Part shown: piece after piece, positions 22,832 through 31,212 of the stretch
How the letters are laid out: the number at the start of each line of letters is the position of its first letter
Position numbering within the stretch: position 1 is the stretch's first letter
Source: an uncultured Planctomycetota bacterium
Lineage (GTDB): Bacteria > Planctomycetota > Planctomycetia > Isosphaerales > Isosphaeraceae
Assembly (NCBI GenBank): GCA_963823665.1
Contig: CAWGMQ010000004.1
Span: 512,001-576,000 of the forward strand
Direction of reading: 5' to 3'
Length of the DNA stretch: 64,000 nucleotides
The notes under the pieces: model-generated
Told to the model about the DNA's origin: nothing
The model's database searches: none
The model's input: only the letters and a program-made list of their open reading frames with translations
Made by a program: the position numbers and the translations under genes

Positions 22832-22915
22832 GTACGTGGGTAAATGTGGCATCGTAACCGCCTTGAAATCACTGGCTTTAAGTGTCGCTACAACGTGTTT
22901 CCAATACCACGAGTA

Positions 22916-22983
22916 TGGCAGACGTACCGGACTCAAAATCCGGTCCTCGCAAGAGGGTGTGGGTTCAAGTCCCACCTTCGGTA
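22916..22983 (+). tRNA. 5'-truncated tRNA-Leu(CAA) fragment (att core)
   Basis: D-loop TGGCAGAC, anticodon arm CCGGA-CTCAAAA-TCCGG, long variable arm CCTC-GCAA-GAGG, T arm GTGGG-TTCAAGT-CCCAC, 3' acceptor strand CTTCGGT-A. No matching 5' acceptor strand upstream. Confidence 0.9.
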
Positions 22984-23026
22984 GTATATACTTAGGGCAA
23001 ATCGCAACATGCCGATTCGCCCCCAG

Positions 23027-23046
23027 TGGGAACAAATTGGGAACAA
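23027..23046 (+). promoter_or_regulatory. Putative integrase arm-type sites
   Basis: TGGGAACAA twice at 11-bp spacing; same motif and spacing at 61636-61655. Confidence 0.65.
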
Positions 23047-23073
23047 CGTTGCGGTGACATTGGAGCCGCAACG

Positions 23074-24411
23074 ATGGCTGCAATTGAAGAACGGTGCGGA
23101 CGTTATCGCATCCATTTCCGTTGGCATGGCAGGCAACATAAGCTCCCCCTGGGCAAAGTCTCCCAGGAGGAAGCCGAAGCAAAATCGGCACTGGTTGATT
23201 ACCTGTTGATGCGACTTAAACAACGATTGATCGAGCTGCCGCCCGGCCTCGACATCGTTGAGTTCTTCCAATTCGATGGCAACCCACCCGCCGACCTGCA
23301 AGAAGTGCCCACCGAATCGCGGGAACTTACGCTTGCCGGTTTCCGCGACCGCTACCTGGCGACGCACAGGGATTCCCTTGTGGAACGCACCATCGAGGGA
23401 ATCGAATTGCATTTCAAGCACCTGACCGCCGCCCTTGGCGAGCGGTTCCCGATCCGCGAGCTGAAACTTGCCGACCTGCAAGGCTACGTTGACCGCCGTG
23501 CCAAGGCGAAGGGCATTAGCGGCAAGCGGCTGAGTCCGGCCACCATCAGGAAAGAAATCGTCACGCTGCGGACGGCATGGAACTGGGCTGAGAAGATGGC
23601 AATCGTCGCGGGCCGCTTTCCTTATAACGGACTTCGTTATTCCAGAAGCGATGAGAAACCGCCATTTCAGACGGTCGAGGAGATCGAGCGTCGCATCAAG
23701 GCGGGGGGAGTTACCGCCGCCCAGAAAAAGCAGCTCTGGGAAAGCCTCTACCTGCGGACGCCGGAAATCGCGGACCTGCTCGCCTTTGCCAGCGAGCAGG
23801 CCGCCTATCCGTGGATTTTCCCGCTGATATGCATGGCAGCCCATACCGGGGCCAGGCGGAGCGAATTGACCCGGATGCTGATAACCGATGTCGATTTCGA
23901 CGCTGGCAGCGTCACCATACGCGAGAAGAAGCGTGTCCACGGCAAGGATTCGACCCGTCGGGCACCGCTGACGACGACGCTGACGGAAGCCCTCCAGGCA
24001 TGGCTAACCGTCCATCCCGGCGGCAATACGCTGTTTTGCCATGCAGGGCACGTTGAACGCAGCCGCACACGCAGCCGCACGACAGGCCATAGAAGCGGGA
24101 AGGGAAGGGCGACGACCCTAGCCAAACGGTTGGCGACGGTGCAGGTGCGGCAGGAACAGCCGGAGGCAGGACCGCTCACGCCGAGGGAATTGCACGATCA
24201 TTTCCGCCGCACGTTGAGCGGTGGAAAGTGGAAAGTGGTCCGGGGCCTGCACGTACTTCGGCACTCGGTTGCGTCGTGCCTTGCGGCGGCAGGGGTCGAT
24301 CAGCGAATTATCGACGACATCCTCGGCCATCAATCACTTGAAATGCAGCGTCGCTACCGGCACCTCACCCCGCACGTAAAGCGTCAGGCTGTCTTGGGCG
24401 TGTTTGGTTGA
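23074..24411 (+). CDS. int: Tyrosine integrase
   Basis: TGARRSE (R), HVLRH (HxxR), LGH, RRY; N-terminal arm-binding-like segment; adjacent to the tRNA core. Confidence 0.95.
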   Translation: MAAIEERCGRYRIHFRWHGRQHKLPLGKVSQEEAEAKSALVDYLLMRLKQRLIELPPGLDIVEFFQFDGNPPADLQEVPTESRELTLAGFRDRYLATHRDSLVERTIEGIELHFKHLTAALGERFPIRELKLADLQGYVDRRAKAKGISGKRLSPATIRKEIVTLRTAWNWAEKMAIVAGRFPYNGLRYSRSDEKPPFQTVEEIERRIKAGGVTAAQKKQLWESLYLRTPEIADLLAFASEQAAYPWIFPLICMAAHTGARRSELTRMLITDVDFDAGSVTIREKKRVHGKDSTRRAPLTTTLTEALQAWLTVHPGGNTLFCHAGHVERSRTRSRTTGHRSGKGRATTLAKRLATVQVRQEQPEAGPLTPRELHDHFRRTLSGGKWKVVRGLHVLRHSVASCLAAAGVDQRIIDDILGHQSLEMQRRYRHLTPHVKRQAVLGVFG

Positions 24412-24677
24412 TGCCGCCGGTCCGGCAACAACCCTTCTCGCTGAAAGCGAAGCAATTCCTCGTGGGCGATCACCCACGAGGGATGCTTCCCGCGACCACT
24501 GGTTTTCTTTTGTGCCCGGATGCGGCCGAGGCGGCAATACTCCCGGCAGGTGAAGGCTTCACGCCCCACCAGCCGGGCGAATTCCTCCGGCGTGTAAAAC
24601 GCTTTGACCGCCTGCCGCTCGACAAGCTTGGCAAGCATGGCCTCGATGCGGCTCAGGCGGTCTTCGATGGGTTCCAT
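24384..24677 (-). CDS. Excisionase / recombination directionality factor-like HTH protein
   Basis: Small basic winged HTH 'FYTPEEFARLVGREAFTCREYCRLGRIRAQK..W.I', convergent with and overlapping int. Confidence 0.75.
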   Translation of the reverse strand: MEPIEDRLSRIEAMLAKLVERQAVKAFYTPEEFARLVGREAFTCREYCRLGRIRAQKKTSGRGKHPSWVIAHEELLRFQREGLLPDRRHQPNTPKTA

Positions 24678-24710
24678 CGCTCATGCACTCCGCAGTCTCG
24701 ATCTCGTTGG

Positions 24711-25175
24711 TTAGTGGTCATGGCCATCGTCACGCACGCGGTCCTGGACGCTTGCCTGTTGCGGCTCGAGCCGCCGCGAGGCTTTGCATTGGTCGATGAG
24801 TTCCGACGGCGTGGGAGGGCGGGAAGCCGCTACGTCGGGCTGGGACCGTTCGCGACCTGAAATCAAATCCCATGACGTGTGGAATTCTATGTCTTTATGC
24901 GGATTGGAGGCCGCATCCCGCGTCAACCTTGTCAGCTTCTCGCCGTTACCAAGGGCATCATCCAGGGCCAACGGCATGATGGTGCCTTCGCGGATCGGGT
25001 AATACAACGCTTCATAATGTGACTGACTGTCGATTCCGAAATCAACAATCGCCGTGTGGTTTGGCCACATGTCGAGCATCATTGATTCGATTAGGCGACG
25101 AGTTGCGGGCCGAACCTTTTCAAGCTGCGACAAGAATTCGGCCAATCTGGCGTCAGCATCGTCTATTGTGTTCAT
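24711..25175 (-). CDS. Hypothetical protein in the mobilisation operon
   Basis: 154-aa ORF co-oriented with the T4CP gene; tail PTPSELI...RDDGHDH. Confidence 0.6.
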   Translation of the reverse strand: MNTIDDADARLAEFLSQLEKVRPATRRLIESMMLDMWPNHTAIVDFGIDSQSHYEALYYPIREGTIMPLALDDALGNGEKLTRLTRDAASNPHKDIEFHTSWDLISGRERSQPDVAASRPPTPSELIDQCKASRRLEPQQASVQDRVRDDGHDH

Positions 25176-25208
25176 TGTTGTGCCCTCGAAAACCTGTCGC
25201 CCACATCC

Positions 25209-25511
25209 TCACTCCCGGCCCAGGTCCTGGCCGTGGTCGTGACCCGGCTCCGGCCGGTAGGGCTGTTTGTCCCTGGCGATTTCGCTAGGGGAGGGAATCC
25301 TCTCCTCCCGACGGGCCGCGATTTCGCCTTGTGTCGGATTCAGGATCGTGCCTGGTTCATCCACATGGATGGTTTCCGGGAATGCCCGCAGGGCCATTGC
25401 GATTTCATCGGCACCCTGCCGCCCGGCAGCGGCAAGCGTGCCGTCTTTCGTGATCGCGTGCCAGATGCGTGCCACCAGGCCACCGGGTTCATTCGATACT
25501 TGCTTCGCCAT
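25209..25511 (-). CDS. Hypothetical protein in the mobilisation operon
   Basis: AGGAG RBS; 100 aa; tail PSPSEIA...PGHDHGQDLGRE. Confidence 0.7.
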   Translation of the reverse strand: MAKQVSNEPGGLVARIWHAITKDGTLAAAGRQGADEIAMALRAFPETIHVDEPGTILNPTQGEIAARREERIPSPSEIARDKQPYRPEPGHDHGQDLGRE

Positions 25512-25529
25512 CGTAAAACTCCTCTCAGG

Positions 25530-27395
25530 TCATCTGTTGGAAAACTGCCAGTCAGAATCGGGAAGTGGTGCGTATCCGTCCAATTCATCCGGCCACACAC
25601 GTGGCCACGAAAAACCGGCCGGTAGCTCCGGCCGTAGATTGAAAGGGGACAGGCTTACGGCTGTCGCCGCGAACAGGATGCTTATCAGCAGGAGGCACAC
25701 CGCGTTTTCGATTGCCTTCCGCCCAAGGCCCGGTTGATTGCCCGTGCCGCCGCCCCGGAAGGCGGGATGGTCGTAATACCTGATGAGCCGAGCCGGAATG
25801 ACGGGCAAATTGCGATGGAAGACCCACGCGACATCCTCCGGTGCGACCATCAACTCCTCCGGCTTGATCATCCGCCGCCCCGTTTGGGAAACGTTGGAAT
25901 TCCGGCCGCTCGAAACGCCGCTCGAATTCTGGCCCGTTTCGCCTCTTTGCCGCGATTCGCCGGTGTTGTCGCCATGCGATGCGACGGAAATCGTGGTATC
26001 GCCGATTCTTTTCGAGATTTCCTCCGCAGCCTCAATGGAATTCACGCCAAAATATTGTTGTGTGTCGATATTATCAAGAATCGTCTTTGCCTTGTCGCCA
26101 TAGCACTCCTTGAGCTGATTGATCGATTGAAAGATGAACCATAAACGAATGCCCATGCCACGCATGAGTGTCACAGCGGTTTCTAATATGCGGATTTTGC
26201 CGATATGAGCCGCTTCGTCGAGGAGGAACAGCACGGGATTTCGCTCGGATGGTTTGCCCCGCGTGATGGTCCGCAGGATAACGCCTATCCACAGCCGGAA
26301 GAGGGGAAGAGTTTCAAGCTTGTCTTCAGGTAAGACCAGATAGGCCGTTACGCGGCCGGTACGAAGCCAACGCGGGTCGCAAGTCGAAGTGGCGGTATTT
26401 TTTTGGATCAGCGGACCGTCGAGCCACTCCGTTTGTCTTTGAACGGTTGAGAGGACACTCCCAAGCTCACGATCCTGGAACCAGGTGAGCGAGTGCCCCA
26501 GACGCTGGATTACCCCGCCATGCGATTCGACCTTTTGCATCCAGTCAACAGCCACGGCAAAGGTATTGCGGCAGGACACAATGTCCCTGACCGCATCGAG
26601 CGTCCGCTTTTCCGGGTTATTCTCGCATGCACATATGTATGCAATGAACGCCGTCAAAACCAGCCGGGCGGAGTCATTCCAATGCGGATCGGGTTCTGTG
26701 CCGGATCGCATAATCAACATATCAGCAAGGTCACGGCACTGATCGAGAAAATCGTCCGCCTTGTCATCAACGAAATCCAAGGGATTCAGTGTGTGTGATC
26801 CCGGCCCGCAAAGTCCGAATGGGTCAAGGCGGATGATATGATGCTTGAATTTGTCGCGGCGATGGCGTGCCGTAGCCGTGAACAATTCCCCCTTCGGATC
26901 AGTAACGACGCAGCTATGCAGATAGGAGAGCAAGTTAATAATCAGCACACTTACGCCTTTGCCCCCGCCGGTTTTGCTACAGGTCAGTAAATGAGTAAAC
27001 GTATGTAGACGTATCATGCGGTCCGCGACCCACCGCTTACCGCCAAAAGCGGAGAGGAACAGGTAACTGGCCAGCACTGGCGACGTGCGGGCCGACCACA
27101 GGGCGGATAAACCCTCCCGAAATGACGGACGCTGCATGGTGCCGGTGGTGCCGAGGATCAGGCCATCATCGCCCAGCATGTTGGAGCGGATCAGATCACT
27201 GAGCGTGGCAAGCCTCGCGGTCCCGTGTGACCAGCCCGACGCGGCCACGCGGCGAAAGCGGTTCCATACCACGCCTGCGGCGACCAGGAGGAACATGAAC
27301 GGTACACGCATACCGATCAGGAACAGCCCGACACCGACACAGGCACAGGCGAGTTGCAGGATAGTACGCAGGACGCGGGCTTGGGTAACGGGCAT
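25530..27395 (-). CDS. virD4: Type IV coupling protein, VirD4/TraG family
   Basis: Two N-terminal TM helices, SHGTAR, Walker A KTGGGKG, VTDPKGEL, NPLD, Walker B FLLDEA, QSINQL..YG; RBS GGAGG before the ATG at 27395. Confidence 0.93.
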   Translation of the reverse strand: MPVTQARVLRTILQLACACVGVGLFLIGMRVPFMFLLVAAGVVWNRFRRVAASGWSHGTARLATLSDLIRSNMLGDDGLILGTTGTMQRPSFREGLSALWSARTSPVLASYLFLSAFGGKRWVADRMIRLHTFTHLLTCSKTGGGKGVSVLIINLLSYLHSCVVTDPKGELFTATARHRRDKFKHHIIRLDPFGLCGPGSHTLNPLDFVDDKADDFLDQCRDLADMLIMRSGTEPDPHWNDSARLVLTAFIAYICACENNPEKRTLDAVRDIVSCRNTFAVAVDWMQKVESHGGVIQRLGHSLTWFQDRELGSVLSTVQRQTEWLDGPLIQKNTATSTCDPRWLRTGRVTAYLVLPEDKLETLPLFRLWIGVILRTITRGKPSERNPVLFLLDEAAHIGKIRILETAVTLMRGMGIRLWFIFQSINQLKECYGDKAKTILDNIDTQQYFGVNSIEAAEEISKRIGDTTISVASHGDNTGESRQRGETGQNSSGVSSGRNSNVSQTGRRMIKPEELMVAPEDVAWVFHRNLPVIPARLIRYYDHPAFRGGGTGNQPGLGRKAIENAVCLLLISILFAATAVSLSPFNLRPELPAGFSWPRVWPDELDGYAPLPDSDWQFSNR

Positions 27396-27457
27396 AGTTG
27401 ACCTCCGTAGGAAAGAAATGCCCGGCCAGGTGCAAACGCCCTCGGCCGGGCAGGTCA

Positions 27458-27763
27458 TCAATTGAAATAAGGGTCCTGGTAGTTGGGATGCTTCTTGCGT
27501 TGGGCTTTGATCGTTGCGACGGCGGTGCCAATGCCCGCCGCCGCCGCCGCGAGATCGTCAAACAACCCGAACGGGCCGAGGGCGATTTCCGGCATGGCGT
27601 CGATAGGGCTGATGCAGTACAAGCCGCAAAGAACGACGAATGACCAGGCCACGTAGGGCATAAGCAGATCACGCAAGCGACTTGCAGGCAGTGCCAACAG
27701 CACCATCAGCGTGATGACGATGACACTGGCCATCACCACCATCAGGCGAAGCAGCTCGAACAT
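27458..27763 (-). CDS. DUF1232/YkvA-like small membrane protein
   Basis: Motif LY.ISPID.MPE...GPFGLFDD between hydrophobic helices; GGAG RBS. Confidence 0.8.
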   Translation of the reverse strand: MFELLRLMVVMASVIVITLMVLLALPASRLRDLLMPYVAWSFVVLCGLYCISPIDAMPEIALGPFGLFDDLAAAAAGIGTAVATIKAQRKKHPNYQDPYFN

Positions 27764-27836
27764 GGTTCATCTCCGAAGGATTCGAGTGAGTGAAAACCCG
27801 CCCCGCCGGCAGCACCGGCAGGGCAGGGGAAAACGG

Positions 27837-27938
27837 TTATGACTTCCGCCGCCCCTCAGGCGGCGGCAGGGCACTTTCGACGACCGATTGGAAGAAATAG
27901 CCGACCACGCTGGCCAGCAACGCGATGACGTGTTCCAT
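27837..27938 (-). CDS. 33-aa hydrophobic small protein (not in the ORF track)
   Basis: AAGGAG RBS then MEHVIALLASVVGYFFQSVVESALPPPEGRRKS*; fills the gap between co-oriented genes. Confidence 0.55.
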   Translation of the reverse strand: MEHVIALLASVVGYFFQSVVESALPPPEGRRKS

Positions 27939-28015
27939 TGGGATGTCTCCTTGGGACGCTAGGCAGGGGGATAAAGAGACCGCCCCGCCGAACACCGGCA
28001 GGGCGGCGAAAACGT

Positions 28016-28855
28016 TCAGGAGGCCCGCAGGACGCGGGCGAGGGCCGATACCTCCTTTCCTCCTTCCTCAGACAGCTTCTTAGCCTGTTTCGTAAGGTGG
28101 TCGAGGGCCGTGAGCAGGCGTTTCCAGTTCAGCGGCTCGCCGCTGGAACTCACGGTGACGGAGATACCGCCACCCAACTTGCAGGCGATCCGCCCGGCGT
28201 TGGGCGTGACGTTACGTTTGCCCACCGTTTCCTGCACAGCTTCCACCACCGCACGCCGTGGCAGACGCTTGGCAATGACCGCGTGGGCAAGTTCCCGCTG
28301 GCTTTGTTCATCCGGCAGGCGGGAGATTTCGTACCCCGTGGCCGGGGCGATTTGTCCGGAACCGGAGCCGATCAGCTCCTGAATGTCCCCAGGAAGCGAC
28401 AGCAACGCTTCGGCTTTGGTGATGGCCGCAGCGGAAAAACCATATTCCTCGACCAGAGCCTTGGAATTGCAGCCCTTGAGGGCTTTCAGCCGTGCCAGGC
28501 CACGAGCCGTGTCCATCGGCTCAAGATCATGGCGAAGGTCGTTTTCAGTGAGGCGATCCGCCAGCTTGTCCGCGTCGGAAAGTTCACCGGCCACCGGGAT
28601 GCAGGGCACATGCGTCAGCCCGGCAAGTCCAGCAGCCCGGAAGCGGCTTTCGCCGGTGAGGATCAACCACACCTGCCGTTGCTCATCGCGGATCACCCGC
28701 AGCGGTTGAAGGACCCCATGAACGGCTATAGATTTAGCCAATCGTTGGATTTCTTCATCGAGGAATTTCTTTCGCGGTTGCGATGGATCAGGCATTAATT
28801 CAGCAAGTGCGATCATCAGCACTTGAAGAACCTGAGTGACAGCGTTTAGAACCAA
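28016..28855 (-). CDS. Solo ParB/RepB/Spo0J-family protein
   Basis: QPRK.F, LA.SI..HGVLQPL.V, GESRFRA, ENDLRHDL, HTH. The TTG start is inferred from an AAAGGAG RBS. Confidence 0.88.
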   Translation of the reverse strand: MVLNAVTQVLQVLMIALAELMPDPSQPRKKFLDEEIQRLAKSIAVHGVLQPLRVIRDEQRQVWLILTGESRFRAAGLAGLTHVPCIPVAGELSDADKLADRLTENDLRHDLEPMDTARGLARLKALKGCNSKALVEEYGFSAAAITKAEALLSLPGDIQELIGSGSGQIAPATGYEISRLPDEQSQRELAHAVIAKRLPRRAVVEAVQETVGKRNVTPNAGRIACKLGGGISVTVSSSGEPLNWKRLLTALDHLTKQAKKLSEEGGKEVSALARVLRAS

Positions 28856-28925
28856 GGACAACGCTCCTTTCGTGGAAAAGGAAAGTGAAACAGCCCGGCC
28901 GTAACACCCGGCCGGGCATGGGGTA

Positions 28926-29156
28926 TCAGGTAAACTCGTGGTAGCAGTTCTTGCATCTCCACGGCTTATCAATGAGGTGAGCGAACTGACCGACCGCCCA
29001 ACATCCCGCGATGATGAGGAGCCCCACCGGATGCCCCGACATCGCCCCGTGCAACTGGTGCCCGCCGTGGTGAAGGGCGGAATGATTGAGTTCCTTCCTG
29101 CTGTGATCCTTATGGATCACATCAGCCGATCGGCATTTGGGACATATCTTGGCCAC
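28926..29156 (-). CDS. Small Zn-ribbon protein with an internal hydrophobic segment
   Basis: CPKC ... His-rich stretch ... hydrophobic helix ... WRCKNC.HEF; AAGGAAGG RBS. Confidence 0.7.
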   Translation of the reverse strand: MAKICPKCRSADVIHKDHSRKELNHSALHHGGHQLHGAMSGHPVGLLIIAGCWAVGQFAHLIDKPWRCKNCYHEFT

Positions 29157-29302
29157 GCTTAATCCTTCCTTTCGCTGAGTAATGCCGGTCGAAAAGTAAT
29201 TGGCGTGCAGCGACCGGCAACCGCACGCGGTTGGGTTTGAACTGCTAACGGGTTAACGGACCGGCTCATGCGACGGAGCCGATACCGACGGGCCTGATTG
29301 AC

Positions 29303-29515
29303 TCAGAAATCAAGCCACTCGGCAAGCTTGGCGGTGGCATAGACTATGCCCGCTGTTGCCGCCACGACAACAACGACTGGGGCGGCAGCCACTCCCAAGG
29401 CCACCGTTCCCGCGATTGCTGCTTGCCCTGGAGGAGTGCTCAGGGCCGCAATCGCCAAATTCGCCCCTACCGCCTGAGCGGCACCACTGGCATAACCTTG
29501 AGCTTGAGTTGACAT
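29303..29515 (-). CDS. 70-aa Ala/Gly/Val-rich hydrophobic protein
   Basis: GGAG RBS; almost uncharged helices; first gene of the leftward operon. Confidence 0.65.
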   Translation of the reverse strand: MSTQAQGYASGAAQAVGANLAIAALSTPPGQAAIAGTVALGVAAAPVVVVVAATAGIVYATAKLAEWLDF

Positions 29516-29821
29516 AGAAGTAGCTCCGAAGAAGGGTTAGCCGGGTTGTTGGTTAGGTGATGCCGTGCGGCTACCGGCCTCGCCGCATGGCGATCCGAAT
29601 TGCGGGAAGACAGGCATGGTGCTGGCCTAGGGACGGCGAACATTGCCACTGGCGAAAGGAAGATCGGGAGTCACCCTTGCGATAGGGCCATTCCGATACC
29701 GGCTGTTCCGCCGCCGCGATGCTAACTCATCCCACACATAGGACGAGCGGGCAGGGGAAAACGTAAACCCCTACGGGGAAATTTTGCATCACGATCAGGT
29801 AACATGAAACCATACAGATGA

Positions 29822-29849
29822 TTGACTATTTCGGCGGACACCCTATGAT
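29822..29849 (+). promoter_or_regulatory. sigma70-like promoter
   Basis: TTGACT-N16-TATGAT upstream of the 29892-30389 ORF. Confidence 0.5.
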
Positions 29850-29891
29850 CGGAGGCCCACCAACGGGAGGCGAAGCCGCCCGGCAGGTGCG

Positions 29892-30389
29892 TTGAATCCG
29901 CTTATGGAGGAGCGTTTGTCGGAGGAAGGGAAGCAGCCAAAACCGGATCAACCGGAGCCGCAAGAGCCGGAAATGCCGCTAAAGAGGAGCGGTGAACGTC
30001 GGGAGTTGGGTACGACGCGGTTTTGGGAAGATTACGTACGCCGCCTCTTGGAACAACACCCCGCCCATTTTCGGGCACTCGTCAGTTTGGTCAAAGGCAA
30101 TACAGAGGATGTTACCGAGCAGCGGACTGAAGATTTGAAGGAGTGGTTATTCTTGGAAGTGGATCGCACCGTTAAACCCGGTGCCAGAGATATTATAGAA
30201 ACTGCCTACCGGGAAACGCCGGACGGGCCAACCATCGTCGATCCCTTCGATGTGAGAAACACGGCCGACGCTGCAACGCTGCAACGGGCAAATGAGGAAC
30301 GTGTCGAGCGTCAAAAAGGAGGTGCGGAGCGTTTGCGTCGGGCTATCTTCGGCCGCGATAACGACAAAGACAAGCACCGGCCACGCTGA
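29892..30389 (+). CDS. Hypothetical protein, start uncertain
   Basis: 165-aa ORF with an upstream promoter; charged tail RRAIFGRDNDKDKHRPR. Confidence 0.6.
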   Translation: MNPLMEERLSEEGKQPKPDQPEPQEPEMPLKRSGERRELGTTRFWEDYVRRLLEQHPAHFRALVSLVKGNTEDVTEQRTEDLKEWLFLEVDRTVKPGARDIIETAYRETPDGPTIVDPFDVRNTADAATLQRANEERVERQKGGAERLRRAIFGRDNDKDKHRPR

Positions 30390-30407
30390 TTGGCCGTTGC
30401 CCTAAGC

Positions 30408-30974
30408 CTAGATGTCAGCCTCGAATCCGCTCATTTGGTTACGTAATTCGTTCAATGCCCGCTTTATACGCTTGGCGACCGTAACTGGTGAGACACCGAG
30501 ATCCTTGGCGATTTTGGCGTTGGTCTTATTCTCGAGATAGCTATAGATAATAAGTTGTTGCTGAATCGGTGGTAGCTTTTCAATCGCCGCGTTCATCGCG
30601 TCGCTAATCTCACCCCGGCACAATTCGGTGAGCGGATCGGCTCCGGTGCTTGCCACGGCGGATTCGTCGAGCGTGCTGCGACCGTCGTTTTCGCGTTGCC
30701 GTTGCCGGTGATAGTCGATTGCCACGCTCCCGGCGATGGCGATGAGCCATCGGCGGGTAGATTCCCGTGGCGGATAGCCCCGGCTCAGCGAAGCGGATGA
30801 CTTTCTAAAGACATCCAGTCTGGCGGCATCAAGGTCGTGCCACGGAACGCCCCTGCGTCGCAGGGCATTGCTAATCACTTCACCATGCTCCGCATCCCAG
30901 CCTTCAATCAGGGCGTGCAGTTGCTCCCGTGTCGGCGGATCAGTCGAAACCTCATGGCTGCCTGTGGCTATCAT
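30408..30974 (-). CDS. Element-encoded ECF-type sigma factor
   Basis: Region 2 'WLIAIAGSVAIDYHR'; region 4 'AIEKLPP.QQ..I..SYLE.KTNAKIAKDLGVSPVTVAKRIKRA'. Confidence 0.85.
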   Translation of the reverse strand: MIATGSHEVSTDPPTREQLHALIEGWDAEHGEVISNALRRRGVPWHDLDAARLDVFRKSSASLSRGYPPRESTRRWLIAIAGSVAIDYHRQRQRENDGRSTLDESAVASTGADPLTELCRGEISDAMNAAIEKLPPIQQQLIIYSYLENKTNAKIAKDLGVSPVTVAKRIKRALNELRNQMSGFEADI

Positions 30975-31067
30975 CGCCGGGACCTCCGGGCACAGAGAAA
31001 ATCGCGTCTCTGACCTAGCTCGTATGCCACAGATGCAGCACCGTCAAACGTCCAAGTGCTGTCCTTC

Positions 31068-31212
31068 TCCGGAATCGACTGATCGCAAGTCGTTATTTCA
31101 GTTTGGGTTACAATCCTAAGTTCGTCCGGCACAGAAAAGGTTCTCATCCTTTTCCGGCCTTTTCCGGAATCGACTGATCGCAAGCCGTTATTTCAGTTTG
31201 GGTTACAATCCT
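31068..31212. repeat. 50-bp direct repeat, two copies (31068-31117 and 31163-31212)
   Basis: TCCGGAATCGACTGATCGCAAG(T/C)CGTTATTTCAGTTTGGGTTACAATCCT; one mismatch; period 95. Confidence 0.95.

Larger units (their letters stand above)
22773..22983 (+). repeat. att junction 1: arm-type repeats plus truncated tRNA core; direct repeat of 61629-61839
   Basis: Colinear ungapped match at constant offset 38856; TGGCAACA twice plus TGGCAATA at its 5' end. Confidence 0.92.

Noticed and set aside
22900..22983. Functional full-length tRNA-Leu genes here and at 61756-61839
   Set aside because: The upstream bases (TCCAATA) pair at only 3 of 7 acceptor positions and the conserved U8/A14 are missing.
31068..31212. 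50-bp repeat pair as a mini-CRISPR
   Set aside because: Only two copies, similarity trails past the repeat edge as in a tandem duplication, and there are no cas genes.
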